Of a stretch of DNA of 64,000 nucleotides, positions 39,351-48,680 are shown one piece after another. The stretch covers positions 704,001-768,000 of the forward strand of contig CAWISW010000003.1 in the NCBI GenBank assembly GCA_963838925.1. The letters run 5' to 3'. The stretch is from an uncultured Nitrososphaerota archaeon (lineage in GTDB: Archaea > Thermoproteota > Nitrososphaeria > Nitrososphaerales > Gagatemarchaeaceae). Both the position numbers and the translations under genes were made by a program. The notes under the pieces are model-generated. The model worked only from the letters and a program-made list of their open reading frames with translations, made no database searches and was not told the DNA's origin. How positions within the stretch are numbered: position 1 is the first letter of the stretch; each line of letters starts with the position of its first letter.

Positions 39351-39420
39351 GACGCCGCGCCCTAAACAATCGTTAAATATTGTCGGTCATCGAGCGGTCA
39401 AAGGAACCCAGGGTGAGTCA

Positions 39421-39594
39421 CTGACGAACTGCGAGGAATGCGACGCTCCGCTGACGATTCCGAGCGACGCCATCCAAGGAGAGATCGTGAGCTGCAAGGA
39501 CTGCGGCGCCTCCTACGAGGTAAAGAAGGACGAGGCCTCCGGGCTCATCACGCTGAAACCAGCCGAGAAAGAGCAAGAGGACTGGGGCGAGTAA
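39421..39594 (+). CDS. lysW: Second LysW carrier protein (CTG start)
   Basis: (M)TNCEECDA...CKDCGA...EDWGE*; GGTGA SD-like motif at 39412; absent from the ORF track. Confidence 0.92.
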   Translation: MTNCEECDAPLTIPSDAIQGEIVSCKDCGASYEVKKDEASGLITLKPAEKEQEDWGE

Positions 39595-40454
39595 GGGCTA
39601 CGCCATCGTTTGCTCTGCTCTACGACGTAATCAGGTGGGAAGAGAAGGCCATCGCGCAGGCTGCGGAGAAGAGGGGCGTCAAGGCGACTCTCGTCGACCT
39701 GAAGGAGATGGAGGTCAGCCTGACGGGGGGCGGCTCCGACCCGAAGATCAAAGAGAAGGTCGTCCTCCAGAGGTGCGTCAGCCACTACAGGAACCTCTAC
39801 TCCACTGCAGCCCTCGAGGCCGCCGGCCACACCGTGGTCAACTCGTTCCGGACCGCCTGGAACTCTAGCGACAAGCTCCTCTGCAGCCTCGCGCTCAAGA
39901 GGGCGGGCATCCCGACCCCGGAGACTCACGTCGCCTTCACCGAGGAGGGGGCCATGCGAGCCATCGACAAGCTGGGCTACCCCGCCGTCCTGAAGCCCGC
40001 GATAGGGAGCTGGGGGCGGCTCTCTGCCCTCCTCAAGGACCAGGACTTCGCGCAGGCCGTGATCGAGGACAGGGAGTACATGCACCCGAGCTACCAGGTC
40101 TACTACATCCAGAAGTACGTGAAGCGCCCGCCTCGCGACATCAGGACGTTCGTGATCGGAGACAAGACCGTCGCCGCCATCTACCGCACCTCAACGGGAG
40201 ACTGGCGCACCAACACCGCGAGGGGCGGCAAGGCGGAGCCGTGCAAGATCACCAAGGAGATAGACGACATCTCGGTCAAGGCAGCGAAGGCTGTGGAAGG
40301 ACGCTTCGTGGGGGTGGACCTCATGGAGTCCCCCGACGGGCTCGTCTGCCACGAGGTCAACAACACCACGGAGTTCAAGAACAGCGTGCCCGCGACCGGC
40401 ATCGACATCCCCGGGCTCGCGGTCGAATACCTCGCGGCGCTCGACAAGCGATGA
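39591..40454 (+). CDS. lysX: Alpha-aminoadipate--LysW ligase (non-canonical start)
   Basis: WRTNTARGG and EFKNS are LysX-type signatures; probable start at GTA 39591 or CTG 39582. Confidence 0.85.
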   Translation, partial: VRATPSFALLYDVIRWEEKAIAQAAEKRGVKATLVDLKEMEVSLTGGGSDPKIKEKVVLQRCVSHYRNLYSTAALEAAGHTVVNSFRTAWNSSDKLLCSLALKRAGIPTPETHVAFTEEGAMRAIDKLGYPAVLKPAIGSWGRLSALLKDQDFAQAVIEDREYMHPSYQVYYIQKYVKRPPRDIRTFVIGDKTVAAIYRTSTGDWRTNTARGGKAEPCKITKEIDDISVKAAKAVEGRFVGVDLMESPDGLVCHEVNNTTEFKNSVPATGIDIPGLAVEYLAALDKR

Positions 40455-40484
40455 CGTGATTGCCCTGACCCACGGAGCGTCGCC

Positions 40485-41597
40485 ATGACAAGCACGAAGG
40501 ACCCAGCAGTCCAGTTGTTGATTCAAACGCTGAGCACCTACTCCGTCTCCACCAAGGAGGAGAAGCTCTCCAAGCTGCTGAGGGAGCGGATGCGCCAGAT
40601 GGGCTTCAAGAACGTCCGGACGGACAGGGCGGGCAACGCCATCGGCGAGGTGGGAAGCGGCCACCCCCACGTCCTGCTGTGCGGGCACATGGACACCGTG
40701 CCCGGTTTCATCAAGGTCAGGGTCGAGGGCGACCAAATCTACGGCAGGGGCGCTGCCGACGCGAAGTCGCCGATGTGCGCCATGATATCAGCAGCGGGAG
40801 GGGCGGTTCCCGAGGGGGTGAAGGTGACCATGGCGTGCGTCACCAGGGAGGAGGGAGACAGCCTCGGGGTAGAGACGCTCATCGACTCGGGAGGGGACTA
40901 CGACTACGCGGTCTTCGGCGAGCCGGCGGGGGCAGGGAGGATCACCGTCGGCTATCGGGGGAGGTTCGCCGCTCGGATCGTGGTCAAGACCGACGGCGGG
41001 CACGCGTCCTCCTCGTGGGCTCACCCTAGCGCCGTGGACGAGTCCCTCGGGATCATGTCGCTGATCAAGGAGTACGAGAGGAAGAACACCGTCGAGGGCA
41101 ACCACTACCGGTCCCTCAGCGCCAGCCTCACGGTCATCAAGGGGGGCGCGTACTCGAACGTGGTGCCGAAGAGGTGCGAGATGACCTTCGACGTCCGCAT
41201 CCCGCCCGGGATGAAGAGTGCGCGCGCGAAGGAGGACATCAAGGCCGTGGTCGACGGCTACGCGATGATGAAGGGGGGGATAGACGCGAAGGTGGAGTTC
41301 GACGGCTCGACCGAGCCCTACGACGCGCCTCTCGACTCGGTCGTGGTGAGGGGCTTCCAGCGCTCGATACTCAAGACCCTCGGCTCGAAGCCGGTCCTGA
41401 CGCACAAGACCGGGACGGGGGACATGAACACGCTCGCGGATAGGATGGGCATCCCCTGCCTCACCTACGGCCCCGCCGACTCGAACCTGGGGCACACCGA
41501 GAACGAGTTCGTGGCCGTCCAGGACTACCTCGCCTCGATCAGGGTGATCGAGGGGGCCCTGCGCGAGATAAAGGCCCTCCACGGCCGAGCGGACTGA
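40485..41597 (+). CDS. lysK: LysW-lysine/ornithine hydrolase (M20)
   Basis: GHMDTV, GRGAADAK, REEG, GTGDMN. Confidence 0.9.
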   Translation: MTSTKDPAVQLLIQTLSTYSVSTKEEKLSKLLRERMRQMGFKNVRTDRAGNAIGEVGSGHPHVLLCGHMDTVPGFIKVRVEGDQIYGRGAADAKSPMCAMISAAGGAVPEGVKVTMACVTREEGDSLGVETLIDSGGDYDYAVFGEPAGAGRITVGYRGRFAARIVVKTDGGHASSSWAHPSAVDESLGIMSLIKEYERKNTVEGNHYRSLSASLTVIKGGAYSNVVPKRCEMTFDVRIPPGMKSARAKEDIKAVVDGYAMMKGGIDAKVEFDGSTEPYDAPLDSVVVRGFQRSILKTLGSKPVLTHKTGTGDMNTLADRMGIPCLTYGPADSNLGHTENEFVAVQDYLASIRVIEGALREIKALHGRAD

Positions 41598-41600
41598 GCC

Positions 41601-42821
41601 TCAGCTCTCGACCTTGTACTTGAGCCGGGACTTGCCGAACGCCGAGATCAGCGTCTTGGTGTGCTGCGCGTTCTGGGTCTCGAGGTTGAGGATGACCTCC
41701 GCCTTGCCTATCGGGACTCCCTCCCCGACCCGGTCGTGCTCAATGCTGATGACGTGAGCCCTCGACTGGTCTATCACCTCGATGATGTCCTTGAGCGCCC
41801 CCGGCTTGTCGGAGATGAGTATCCTGACCCTGAGGAGCCTGTGCTGCTTCTCGAGGACCTTGGTCACTATCTGGTCGAGGAGGTACATGTCGATGTTGCC
41901 GCCGCTCACCACGGTGGCGCACTTCTCGCCCCTCGCCTTCACGAGGCCTGCCATGCACGCTGCGACGCTCGCCGCCCCGGCTGGCTCCGCCACGACCTTC
42001 ATCCTCTCGAGCATGAAGAATATCGCGCTCGCGATGTCCGCGTCGCTTACGAGGACCACGTCGTCCACGTACTTCTTGATCAGCTTGTACGTGAGCTTCC
42101 CGGGCTGCTTGACCGCGATCCCGTCGGCTATCGTCTCCTGGGTCTTGTAGGGGACGAGCTTCGCCGTCTTGAACGCCATGTACATGCTGGGGAAGGCCTC
42201 TGACTGGACGCCCACCACCTTGACGGAGGGCTTGATGCTCTTCGCGGCCACCGCGACCCCCGAGATGAGCCCTCCCCCTCCTATCGCGACCACGATCGTC
42301 TGAAGCTCGGGAGCGGCCTCCATCATCTCGAGCCCGGCCGTCCCCTGGCCGGCGACGACCATCGGGTCGTCGAACGCGTGGACGAACGTCGCGTCCTCCT
42401 TCCGCGCTATCTCGCGCCCCATCTCGAGCGCGTCCTCGAAGCCCGCCCCGTGCAGGACCACCCTCGCCCCGTACCCCTTCGTCGCGTCGACCTTGGCGGG
42501 CGAAGCGCTCTCTGGCATCACGATGGTCGACTTGACCCCCAAGAGCGTAGCCGCGTGCGCGACCCCCTGCGCGTGGTTGCCCGCCGAGGCTGCCACGACC
42601 CCCCTCTTCCTCTCCGAGTCCGTGAGGGAGTGGATCTTGTAGTAGGCGCCGCGCATCTTGAACGACCCAGACCGCTGGAAGTTCTCCATCTTCAGGTACA
42701 GGTCGATGCCGGTCAGCTCGCTGAGAGTGTTCGAGCGGTCGAGGGGCGTCACGCGGGTGACCCCCTTCAGGACTGACGCCGCCCTCTCGATCTCCTCGAG
42801 CGTGACTTCTTGTTCTTCCAT
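41601..42821 (-). CDS. ilvA: Threonine ammonia-lyase with ACT domain
   Basis: SFKMRGA PLP lysine, SAGNHAQG, SGGNID. Confidence 0.9.
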   Translation of the reverse strand: MEEQEVTLEEIERAASVLKGVTRVTPLDRSNTLSELTGIDLYLKMENFQRSGSFKMRGAYYKIHSLTDSERKRGVVAASAGNHAQGVAHAATLLGVKSTIVMPESASPAKVDATKGYGARVVLHGAGFEDALEMGREIARKEDATFVHAFDDPMVVAGQGTAGLEMMEAAPELQTIVVAIGGGGLISGVAVAAKSIKPSVKVVGVQSEAFPSMYMAFKTAKLVPYKTQETIADGIAVKQPGKLTYKLIKKYVDDVVLVSDADIASAIFFMLERMKVVAEPAGAASVAACMAGLVKARGEKCATVVSGGNIDMYLLDQIVTKVLEKQHRLLRVRILISDKPGALKDIIEVIDQSRAHVISIEHDRVGEGVPIGKAEVILNLETQNAQHTKTLISAFGKSRLKYKVES

Positions 42822-42824
42822 CTG

Positions 42825-43649
42825 CTATCTCACCAGCGCGGCCGCTCCCACCTTGTCGCTCCACGCGAACGGGTCGCCCAGGTTCCAAGCGTCGTCACCG
42901 TAGCGGGTCGAGAGGAGCTCCTCCATGAGCTCTAACTCCTTCCCGCCGGGCTTCGCAGTTTCTAGCGCCAAGTGGCTCTCGTCGGCGAGAGTGCCGACTA
43001 GGGAGCGAATAAACGAATCTACGCCTAGCGCCACGTTGGCGGTCTTCGTGTCGCGGCTCCGCGTGTACTTCCTTCCTATCGCCTCCGCCGACGGAGTCGT
43101 CAGGGCCTTCACCCTCTTGAGGTCAGCCCCGATCAGTAGCGTCCCGTGGCAGACGAACCCCTTCCTCGACACGTAGGCAGCCATCCCTGAGACCTTCCCC
43201 TCTTTCGTGACGACCCTGTTCGGCGGGTCGAGCTTGGCCTCCACCCCGGAGCTCGCCAGGGCAGAGAGGAGAGGCCGCGCCGCGGCGCGGAAGATGGCGT
43301 GGGGGCTCGACTCGTACCTGAGCGACCCAGAGTCGACCCCCCTCGCCACGAATAGCGACCAGTTCAGGTTCCCCGGCCCGTTGTAGACCGCGCCTCCGGC
43401 GGTGAAGCGCCTCACGACGGGTATCCCGTTGGCCCTGCAGTAGCCTACGTCGGTCTCGAAGCTGGCCAGCTGGGCGCGCCCGATTATCACCGACTCGCTG
43501 TTCTCCCAGACCCTCAGGATGACGCCCTCGTTCCTCAGGAAGAGTGCCTCCTCGAGGGCGAGGCTTGCGGCAGGCTCGTGCTCGACCTTCCCTACGCATG
43601 CGGGGAGAATAGCCCTGCCTGCGGCTGCCTCGCGATTCGAGCTCGTCAA
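42825..43649 (-). CDS. lplA: Lipoate-protein ligase A family
   Basis: RRFTAGGAVY, KVSG, HGTLL; TTG start at 43649. Confidence 0.85.
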   Translation of the reverse strand: MTSSNREAAAGRAILPACVGKVEHEPAASLALEEALFLRNEGVILRVWENSESVIIGRAQLASFETDVGYCRANGIPVVRRFTAGGAVYNGPGNLNWSLFVARGVDSGSLRYESSPHAIFRAAARPLLSALASSGVEAKLDPPNRVVTKEGKVSGMAAYVSRKGFVCHGTLLIGADLKRVKALTTPSAEAIGRKYTRSRDTKTANVALGVDSFIRSLVGTLADESHLALETAKPGGKELELMEELLSTRYGDDAWNLGDPFAWSDKVGAAALVR

Positions 43650-43749
43650 GTGAGGCTCCCCACGCCTCCCGCGTGAAAAGCGTATTGGCCGCCCAGGATG
43701 CCGCGGCATCGGCCGCACCTTCATAAAGCCCGGGAGTCGCGTCGGGCTG

Positions 43750-44208
43750 TTGGTCAGCTCGGCCTCGCGCAACTCGGGCTTCCGGTTCCTTTCCAACATC
43801 GCCCTAGCGGACATCGCTTTCGTCGCCCGCGGAGACTCTCTGCCCGCCATGTTCGAGTCAGCCGCCAGGGCCCTCACGGAGGTTATGGTGGACAGGCGGA
43901 CTGTCGTCGCGCGGATGAAGCGGACGATAGAAATCAAGTCTCCCACCGTCGACAGGCTGCTCTACGACTTCCTCACGGAGCTCATCGTGATAAAGGACGT
44001 CGACTCTCTCCTCTTCAAGGACTTCAAGGTCTCCATCCACCCCGGCAAGGAGAAGCGGCTGACCTGCGAGATGCGGGGAGAGGAGATCGACAGAGCGAGG
44101 CACGCCCTGAGGAACGACGTGAAGGCGGTCACCATGCACATGTTCGGGGTAAGGAAGCCGGACAAGAAGGGCGGAAGGTGGGAGGCCACCGCCGTCCTCG
44201 ACATCTGA
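43750..44208 (+). CDS. Archease
   Basis: ADIAF, DVKAVTMH, VLDI C-terminus; adjacent to rtcB. Confidence 0.92.
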   Translation: MVSSASRNSGFRFLSNIALADIAFVARGDSLPAMFESAARALTEVMVDRRTVVARMKRTIEIKSPTVDRLLYDFLTELIVIKDVDSLLFKDFKVSIHPGKEKRLTCEMRGEEIDRARHALRNDVKAVTMHMFGVRKPDKKGGRWEATAVLDI

Positions 44209-44265
44209 GCGCAGAAGGCTTAAGACTAATCAGCAGGCGCGGCCGGCCGAGACGCTCGCCAGCAG

Positions 44266-45726
44266 ATGACAGAAATAAAGAACGCCAAGCAAATCTCGGA
44301 CGTCGTCTGGGAGATACCCACGACCTACAAAGCCGGGATGAACGTTCCCGCCAGGATCTACGCGACCAAGAAGCTCCTCGAGGCGATGGACTCGGGGGTC
44401 ATCGAGCAGGTGACGAACGTCGCGATGCTCCCCGGGATCGTGAAGTACTCATACGCGATGGCGGACGCGCACTGGGGGTACGGTTTCCCGATAGGGGGCG
44501 TGGCAGCGTTCGACCCTGAAAAGGGTGTGATTTCCCCTGGCGGAATCGGATTCGACATAAATTGCGGAATGCGGCTTGTCCGGACTAATTTACGCGTTTC
44601 GGAGGTTAAACCGAGGATTAAGGAGCTCGTGGACCTGCTATTCCGCCTCATTCCCACCGGCGTGGGGGTCAAGGGCTCGGTGAAGGTCAGCCAGTCACAG
44701 TTCGAGGACGTCATGAGGTACGGGGTCAAGTGGTGCGCCGAGAACGACTACGGCTGGGACGACGACGTCGAGAAGGTCGAGGAGGGGGGCTTCATCAAGG
44801 GCGCGAACCCCTCGAAGGTCAGCCGGCAGGCATCGAGCCGGGGCATAAGCCAGCTGGGGACGCTGGGCTCCGGCAACCACTACTGCGAGGTCCAGGTGGT
44901 CGACCCGGCGAGGTTCTTCGACGCGAAGATGGGCAAGCACTTCGGCCTGGTCCACGACGACCAGGTGGTGGTGATGGTCCACTGCGGGAGCAGGGGCTTC
45001 GGCCACCAGGTCGCGTCCGACTACCTGAGGGTCTTCGACGAGGCCATGAAGCGCTACGGCATCACGGTCAGGGACAGGGAGCTCGCGTGCGCGCCCTTCT
45101 CGTCGAAGGAGGGCGGGGACTACTACGGCGCCATGGTCTGCGCCGCGAACATGGCCTTCGCGAACAGGCAGGTGATAGTCCAGCGCATCCGCGAGGCGTT
45201 CAAGCAGGTGTTCCACAAGGACCCCGAGGCCATGGACATGCACATCATCTACGACGTCTGCCACAACATCGCGAAGGTCGAGAAGCACACGATTGACGGC
45301 GGCGCGGCGAGGGACGTCCTCGTCCACAGGAAGGGCGCGACTAGGAGCTTCGGCCCGGGGCACCCTGACATCCCTCCGGCCTACAGGGCGCTAGGGCAGC
45401 CCGTCATCATAGGAGGCTCGATGGAGACCGGCTCCTATCTGCTCCTGGGGACGGAGAGGGCGATGAAGGAGACCTTCGGCTCGACCGCGCACGGCTCGGG
45501 GAGGACGATGTCCCGGACTGCCGCCAAGCGGCAGGTCAGCGGCGCCGAGCTCCAGAAGAGCATGGAGAAGCACGGGATATACGTGAAGGCCGCGACGATG
45601 GAGGGCCTCGCCGAGGAGGCTGGGATGGCCTACAAGGACATCTCCGAGGTCGTCGAGACGATGCACCAGGCGGGCATCTCCCTCAAGGTGGCGGCCCTCA
45701 GGCCGATCGGCAACATAAAGGGCTGA
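44266..45726 (+). CDS. rtcB: tRNA-splicing ligase RtcB
   Basis: DAHWGYGFPIG, DINC, GSGNH, HRKGA, HGSGR. Confidence 0.97.
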   Translation: MTEIKNAKQISDVVWEIPTTYKAGMNVPARIYATKKLLEAMDSGVIEQVTNVAMLPGIVKYSYAMADAHWGYGFPIGGVAAFDPEKGVISPGGIGFDINCGMRLVRTNLRVSEVKPRIKELVDLLFRLIPTGVGVKGSVKVSQSQFEDVMRYGVKWCAENDYGWDDDVEKVEEGGFIKGANPSKVSRQASSRGISQLGTLGSGNHYCEVQVVDPARFFDAKMGKHFGLVHDDQVVVMVHCGSRGFGHQVASDYLRVFDEAMKRYGITVRDRELACAPFSSKEGGDYYGAMVCAANMAFANRQVIVQRIREAFKQVFHKDPEAMDMHIIYDVCHNIAKVEKHTIDGGAARDVLVHRKGATRSFGPGHPDIPPAYRALGQPVIIGGSMETGSYLLLGTERAMKETFGSTAHGSGRTMSRTAAKRQVSGAELQKSMEKHGIYVKAATMEGLAEEAGMAYKDISEVVETMHQAGISLKVAALRPIGNIKG

Positions 45727-45766
45727 GCCCTTCTCAAGGTAAGTTAGGAAGGCGTGGCGTCTGTGA

Positions 45767-46567
45767 TCAGCCGATGTAGCCGGGCTTCCCCTCGTCCTTG
45801 GCGCCCCTCGCCTCCTCGAGGCCCTGCTCGGCCATGCCTTGGACCTGGCTGAAGATCTGCTGGGCCTCCCTGGCCCTCTCCTCGATGGAGGTCATGTCTA
45901 TCTTGACTCCCAGTATCCGGGAGAGCGCCTCCAGCACCGAGTGCGATGCGGCCGGGTCGAGCAGGTAGCCCGAGGTCTCCCCGAGGAGCGAGACCCCCTC
46001 CATCCCCAAGAGCTTCGCCATCCCCACCATCACCCCGTTCATCCCGCTGATCCCTCCCTCCTTCATGATCTGCACGCCGTTCTGCGATAGCCGCGGAAGG
46101 ACGTCGAGCGAGGTCGCCGTCCCGAAGACGCGCCTCTCCTTGACGAACCCACCGGTGATGTAGGCCGCGAGCGAGAAGACCGTGCCCGCGTGGAGCCTCT
46201 TGGCCTCGTTGAGGACCGCCTCCGCCAGCATGTACTCCCCGTCCGAGGTCGCCGGCTGGGCGTCCGCCGTGAAGATGAGCAGGTCGCTCCCCTGCCCCGT
46301 CTCAGCGTGGAAGAGCTCGCCCTTCAGCCTGAGCGCAACCCCCTCGTCGTTGATGTTCACGTGGGGCGGGAAGGACGCAGCGTAGAACTCCGCGACCTTG
46401 CTCGCCTTGAACACGGTCACGAGGTAGTCGGCAGCGAGCTTCCCCACGTAGCCGCTCCCGGGGAGGCCGCAGACGAGGACGGGCTTCGACGGCGAGGGGC
46501 TAGAGACCGTCTTCACCCGAATCTCGGGAAGGGCCGTGACGATGCCCGACCCGCGCCGCTCCTCCAT
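45767..46567 (-). CDS. Proteasome assembly chaperone (PAC2) family
   Basis: GLPGSGYVGKLA, GETSGY..DP. Confidence 0.88.
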   Translation of the reverse strand: MEERRGSGIVTALPEIRVKTVSSPSPSKPVLVCGLPGSGYVGKLAADYLVTVFKASKVAEFYAASFPPHVNINDEGVALRLKGELFHAETGQGSDLLIFTADAQPATSDGEYMLAEAVLNEAKRLHAGTVFSLAAYITGGFVKERRVFGTATSLDVLPRLSQNGVQIMKEGGISGMNGVMVGMAKLLGMEGVSLLGETSGYLLDPAASHSVLEALSRILGVKIDMTSIEERAREAQQIFSQVQGMAEQGLEEARGAKDEGKPGYIG

Positions 46568-46574
46568 CTCCCTG

Positions 46575-46979
46575 TCAGCCCTCTTGCATGTCCATCTTCA
46601 GCTTGTCTTTGAGGTCCACGAACCTTCCCTTGTCCTGGACCTTGATCGTGGTCTTCAGGCTGAACCTGATCCCGAGGTTCCTGAAGAGCTCGTACAGCTC
46701 TCCCCCGGATATCCTCTCCCTCCCTCCGTTCTGTATCAGCAGCCTCGCAAGCTGGTCGACTATGATCTCGGTCTGACGGGGATAAGCCTGGTACGCGGTC
46801 TGGAGCACCTCGTCTCCCCTGTCGTAGAGCGCGTCCAGGACGACCTCCCTGCTGGTCTTGGCCGGCTTCTGCGCGGCCGCGGCGGCGAGCGTGGACGCGG
46901 CCGAGGCCCTCTGCGCCCTCTTCTTCAGCTCCGCTAGCTTGCGGGCGTTGATGAGGTTGAGCTCCGCGTCTTCTTCCAA
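46575..46979 (-). CDS. PDCD5-like dsDNA-binding protein
   Basis: EEDAELNLINARKLAEL N-terminus and ISGGELY; TTG start at 46979. Confidence 0.7.
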   Translation of the reverse strand: MEEDAELNLINARKLAELKKRAQRASAASTLAAAAAQKPAKTSREVVLDALYDRGDEVLQTAYQAYPRQTEIIVDQLARLLIQNGGRERISGGELYELFRNLGIRFSLKTTIKVQDKGRFVDLKDKLKMDMQEG

Positions 46980-47086
46980 GTCAAGTCTCACAACCGTCTG
47001 TAGGCCTAAAAACTTTGTCTCGATTTCACACTGCCCGACCAAGAAATCTGATGGGTCCTTAATAGTGGAACCAATGTTCTGGGCGG

Positions 47087-48193
47087 TTGACAGAAGGACC
47101 GGGTACAAGCGATGCTCCCCCTAAGGATGAGGACCAAGTTCTCGCTCTCCTCCGTACGCCCGGCCTGAGCGTCAAGAACCTAGACCCTGCGACGAAAGAG
47201 AAGCTAAGGCTATACATCCAGATGAAGCACATAGAGCAGGGATTCTCGCTCGGAGACATCGCGAAGCTGATAGGCAACAAGACGAGCGGCTACACCAGTT
47301 GGTTGACGCGGCAGTTAGGCATCCATCCACGAGGCTTTGAGGAGGCGAGGCTCAAGGGGATTCATGAGAAGGTTAGGAAATACGAGAGGAGGCCTTTCGA
47401 CGGGACCGACGAGGACAAGGCGTACATGCTCGGCCTGAGGCACGGAGACTTGTCGGTATCGAGGCCTTTTGGCGATGCGATACGCGTTTCGACGTCGACA
47501 ACCCATCCGACAATGGCTGCGGTGTTCAAGTCTCTCTTCGAACCATATGGACATGTCTATCAGCATCCAAGATTCAAACAAGACACGAAGACATACGAAT
47601 GGAATCTATCGACTATTCTTGATGGCAGCTTCGAGTTCTTGCTCGAAGACAGGGTCACATCGTGGAATTGGATTCAGCGCAATTTGAACACAATTCTCGC
47701 CTATCTGGCGGGGGCATGGGATGCGGAGGGACACGTTGGAATTCTCAAGAACGCTAACTGCACCGCGATAACGCTGACTATCTTCAATACCAACACGGAT
47801 TTCTTGGGGTTCGTCCGAACAATCTTGATCCAGATCGGCTACCATCCGGTAGGGCTGTATCTGGACAAGCGGAAGGGGACGGTCACTTCGAAGTACAAAA
47901 TAGAGAGGAAGAAAGATTATTGGAAGTTGGTCGTGGCAATCTTCGACGAAGCTCAATCACTGCTTCGAAGTATGCCAATTCAACATCCGGAGAAGATTGC
48001 ACGAAAAGAACTGGCGCTTACCTTGCAACGTGGAGATAAATGGGAAGACGTTCGCGGACGAGTCAAGGCTCTTCGGCGTTCTGAGATCCAGGGGCGGGAT
48101 GATTTCGTCAAACTAGCTGAGACTATGTACTTGCAAACCCATCCAAGACAGGATGAGTCGCAAGAAGATTCGCCCGGGCCGACCGTTGTCTGA
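47087..48193 (+). mobile_element. Free-standing LAGLIDADG homing endonuclease gene
   Basis: AYMLGLRHGDLS and AYLAGAWDAEGH motifs, N-terminal HTH-like segment, lower GC, antisense to neighbours. Confidence 0.85.
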
Positions 48194-48197
48194 GACA

Positions 48198-48626
48198 CTA
48201 CGGTTGCGTGATCTTGATGCACTGGGTGGGACAGCTGGTCTCGCACGCCATGCAGTAGATGCAGTCCTTCTCCCTCACTGGGTCGGACTTGTCAGACCTC
48301 CACGCCAGCCAGTCGGGAGAGTTCGGTGCAAGGACCATGTCCTTGCCCGAGCCGGACTGGCCCGCGTTGAGCGCCCATTCGTAGACGAAGACCGGGCAGA
48401 CGTCCATGCAGACGCCGTCAGCGCTGCACGCGTCCCAGTCTACCGCCGTGTTTGTGCCGTGGATCCCGTGCGCCGTCGGAAGCGGCTTGCCTTCCCCGTC
48501 CATCCTCTGGACTCCGGCCGCTCTCACCTTGTGATTGTTATGCTCCCCGGTGATCGGATACTCGTCGTTCTTGGAGAGGAATGCCTGATCTATAGGCTTC
48601 GTCTTGTAACCCATATCGCGCGTCAT
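48198..48626 (-). CDS. Dicluster ferredoxin (zinc-ferredoxin type)
   Basis: CSADGVCMDVCP and CIYCMACETSCP; His-rich N-terminal extension. Confidence 0.88.
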   Translation of the reverse strand: MTRDMGYKTKPIDQAFLSKNDEYPITGEHNNHKVRAAGVQRMDGEGKPLPTAHGIHGTNTAVDWDACSADGVCMDVCPVFVYEWALNAGQSGSGKDMVLAPNSPDWLAWRSDKSDPVREKDCIYCMACETSCPTQCIKITQP

Positions 48627-48680
48627 GTGTGCGAATCATGCTTGCCCCGAACCCACATTATAAATCTGTTCTCGGCGACA

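Noticed and set aside
46985-48196. Canonical BHB intron around the LAGLIDADG gene
   Set aside because: End pairing gives a 2-nt bulge and a mismatch, not the 3-4-3 geometry; reported only as imperfect inverted repeats
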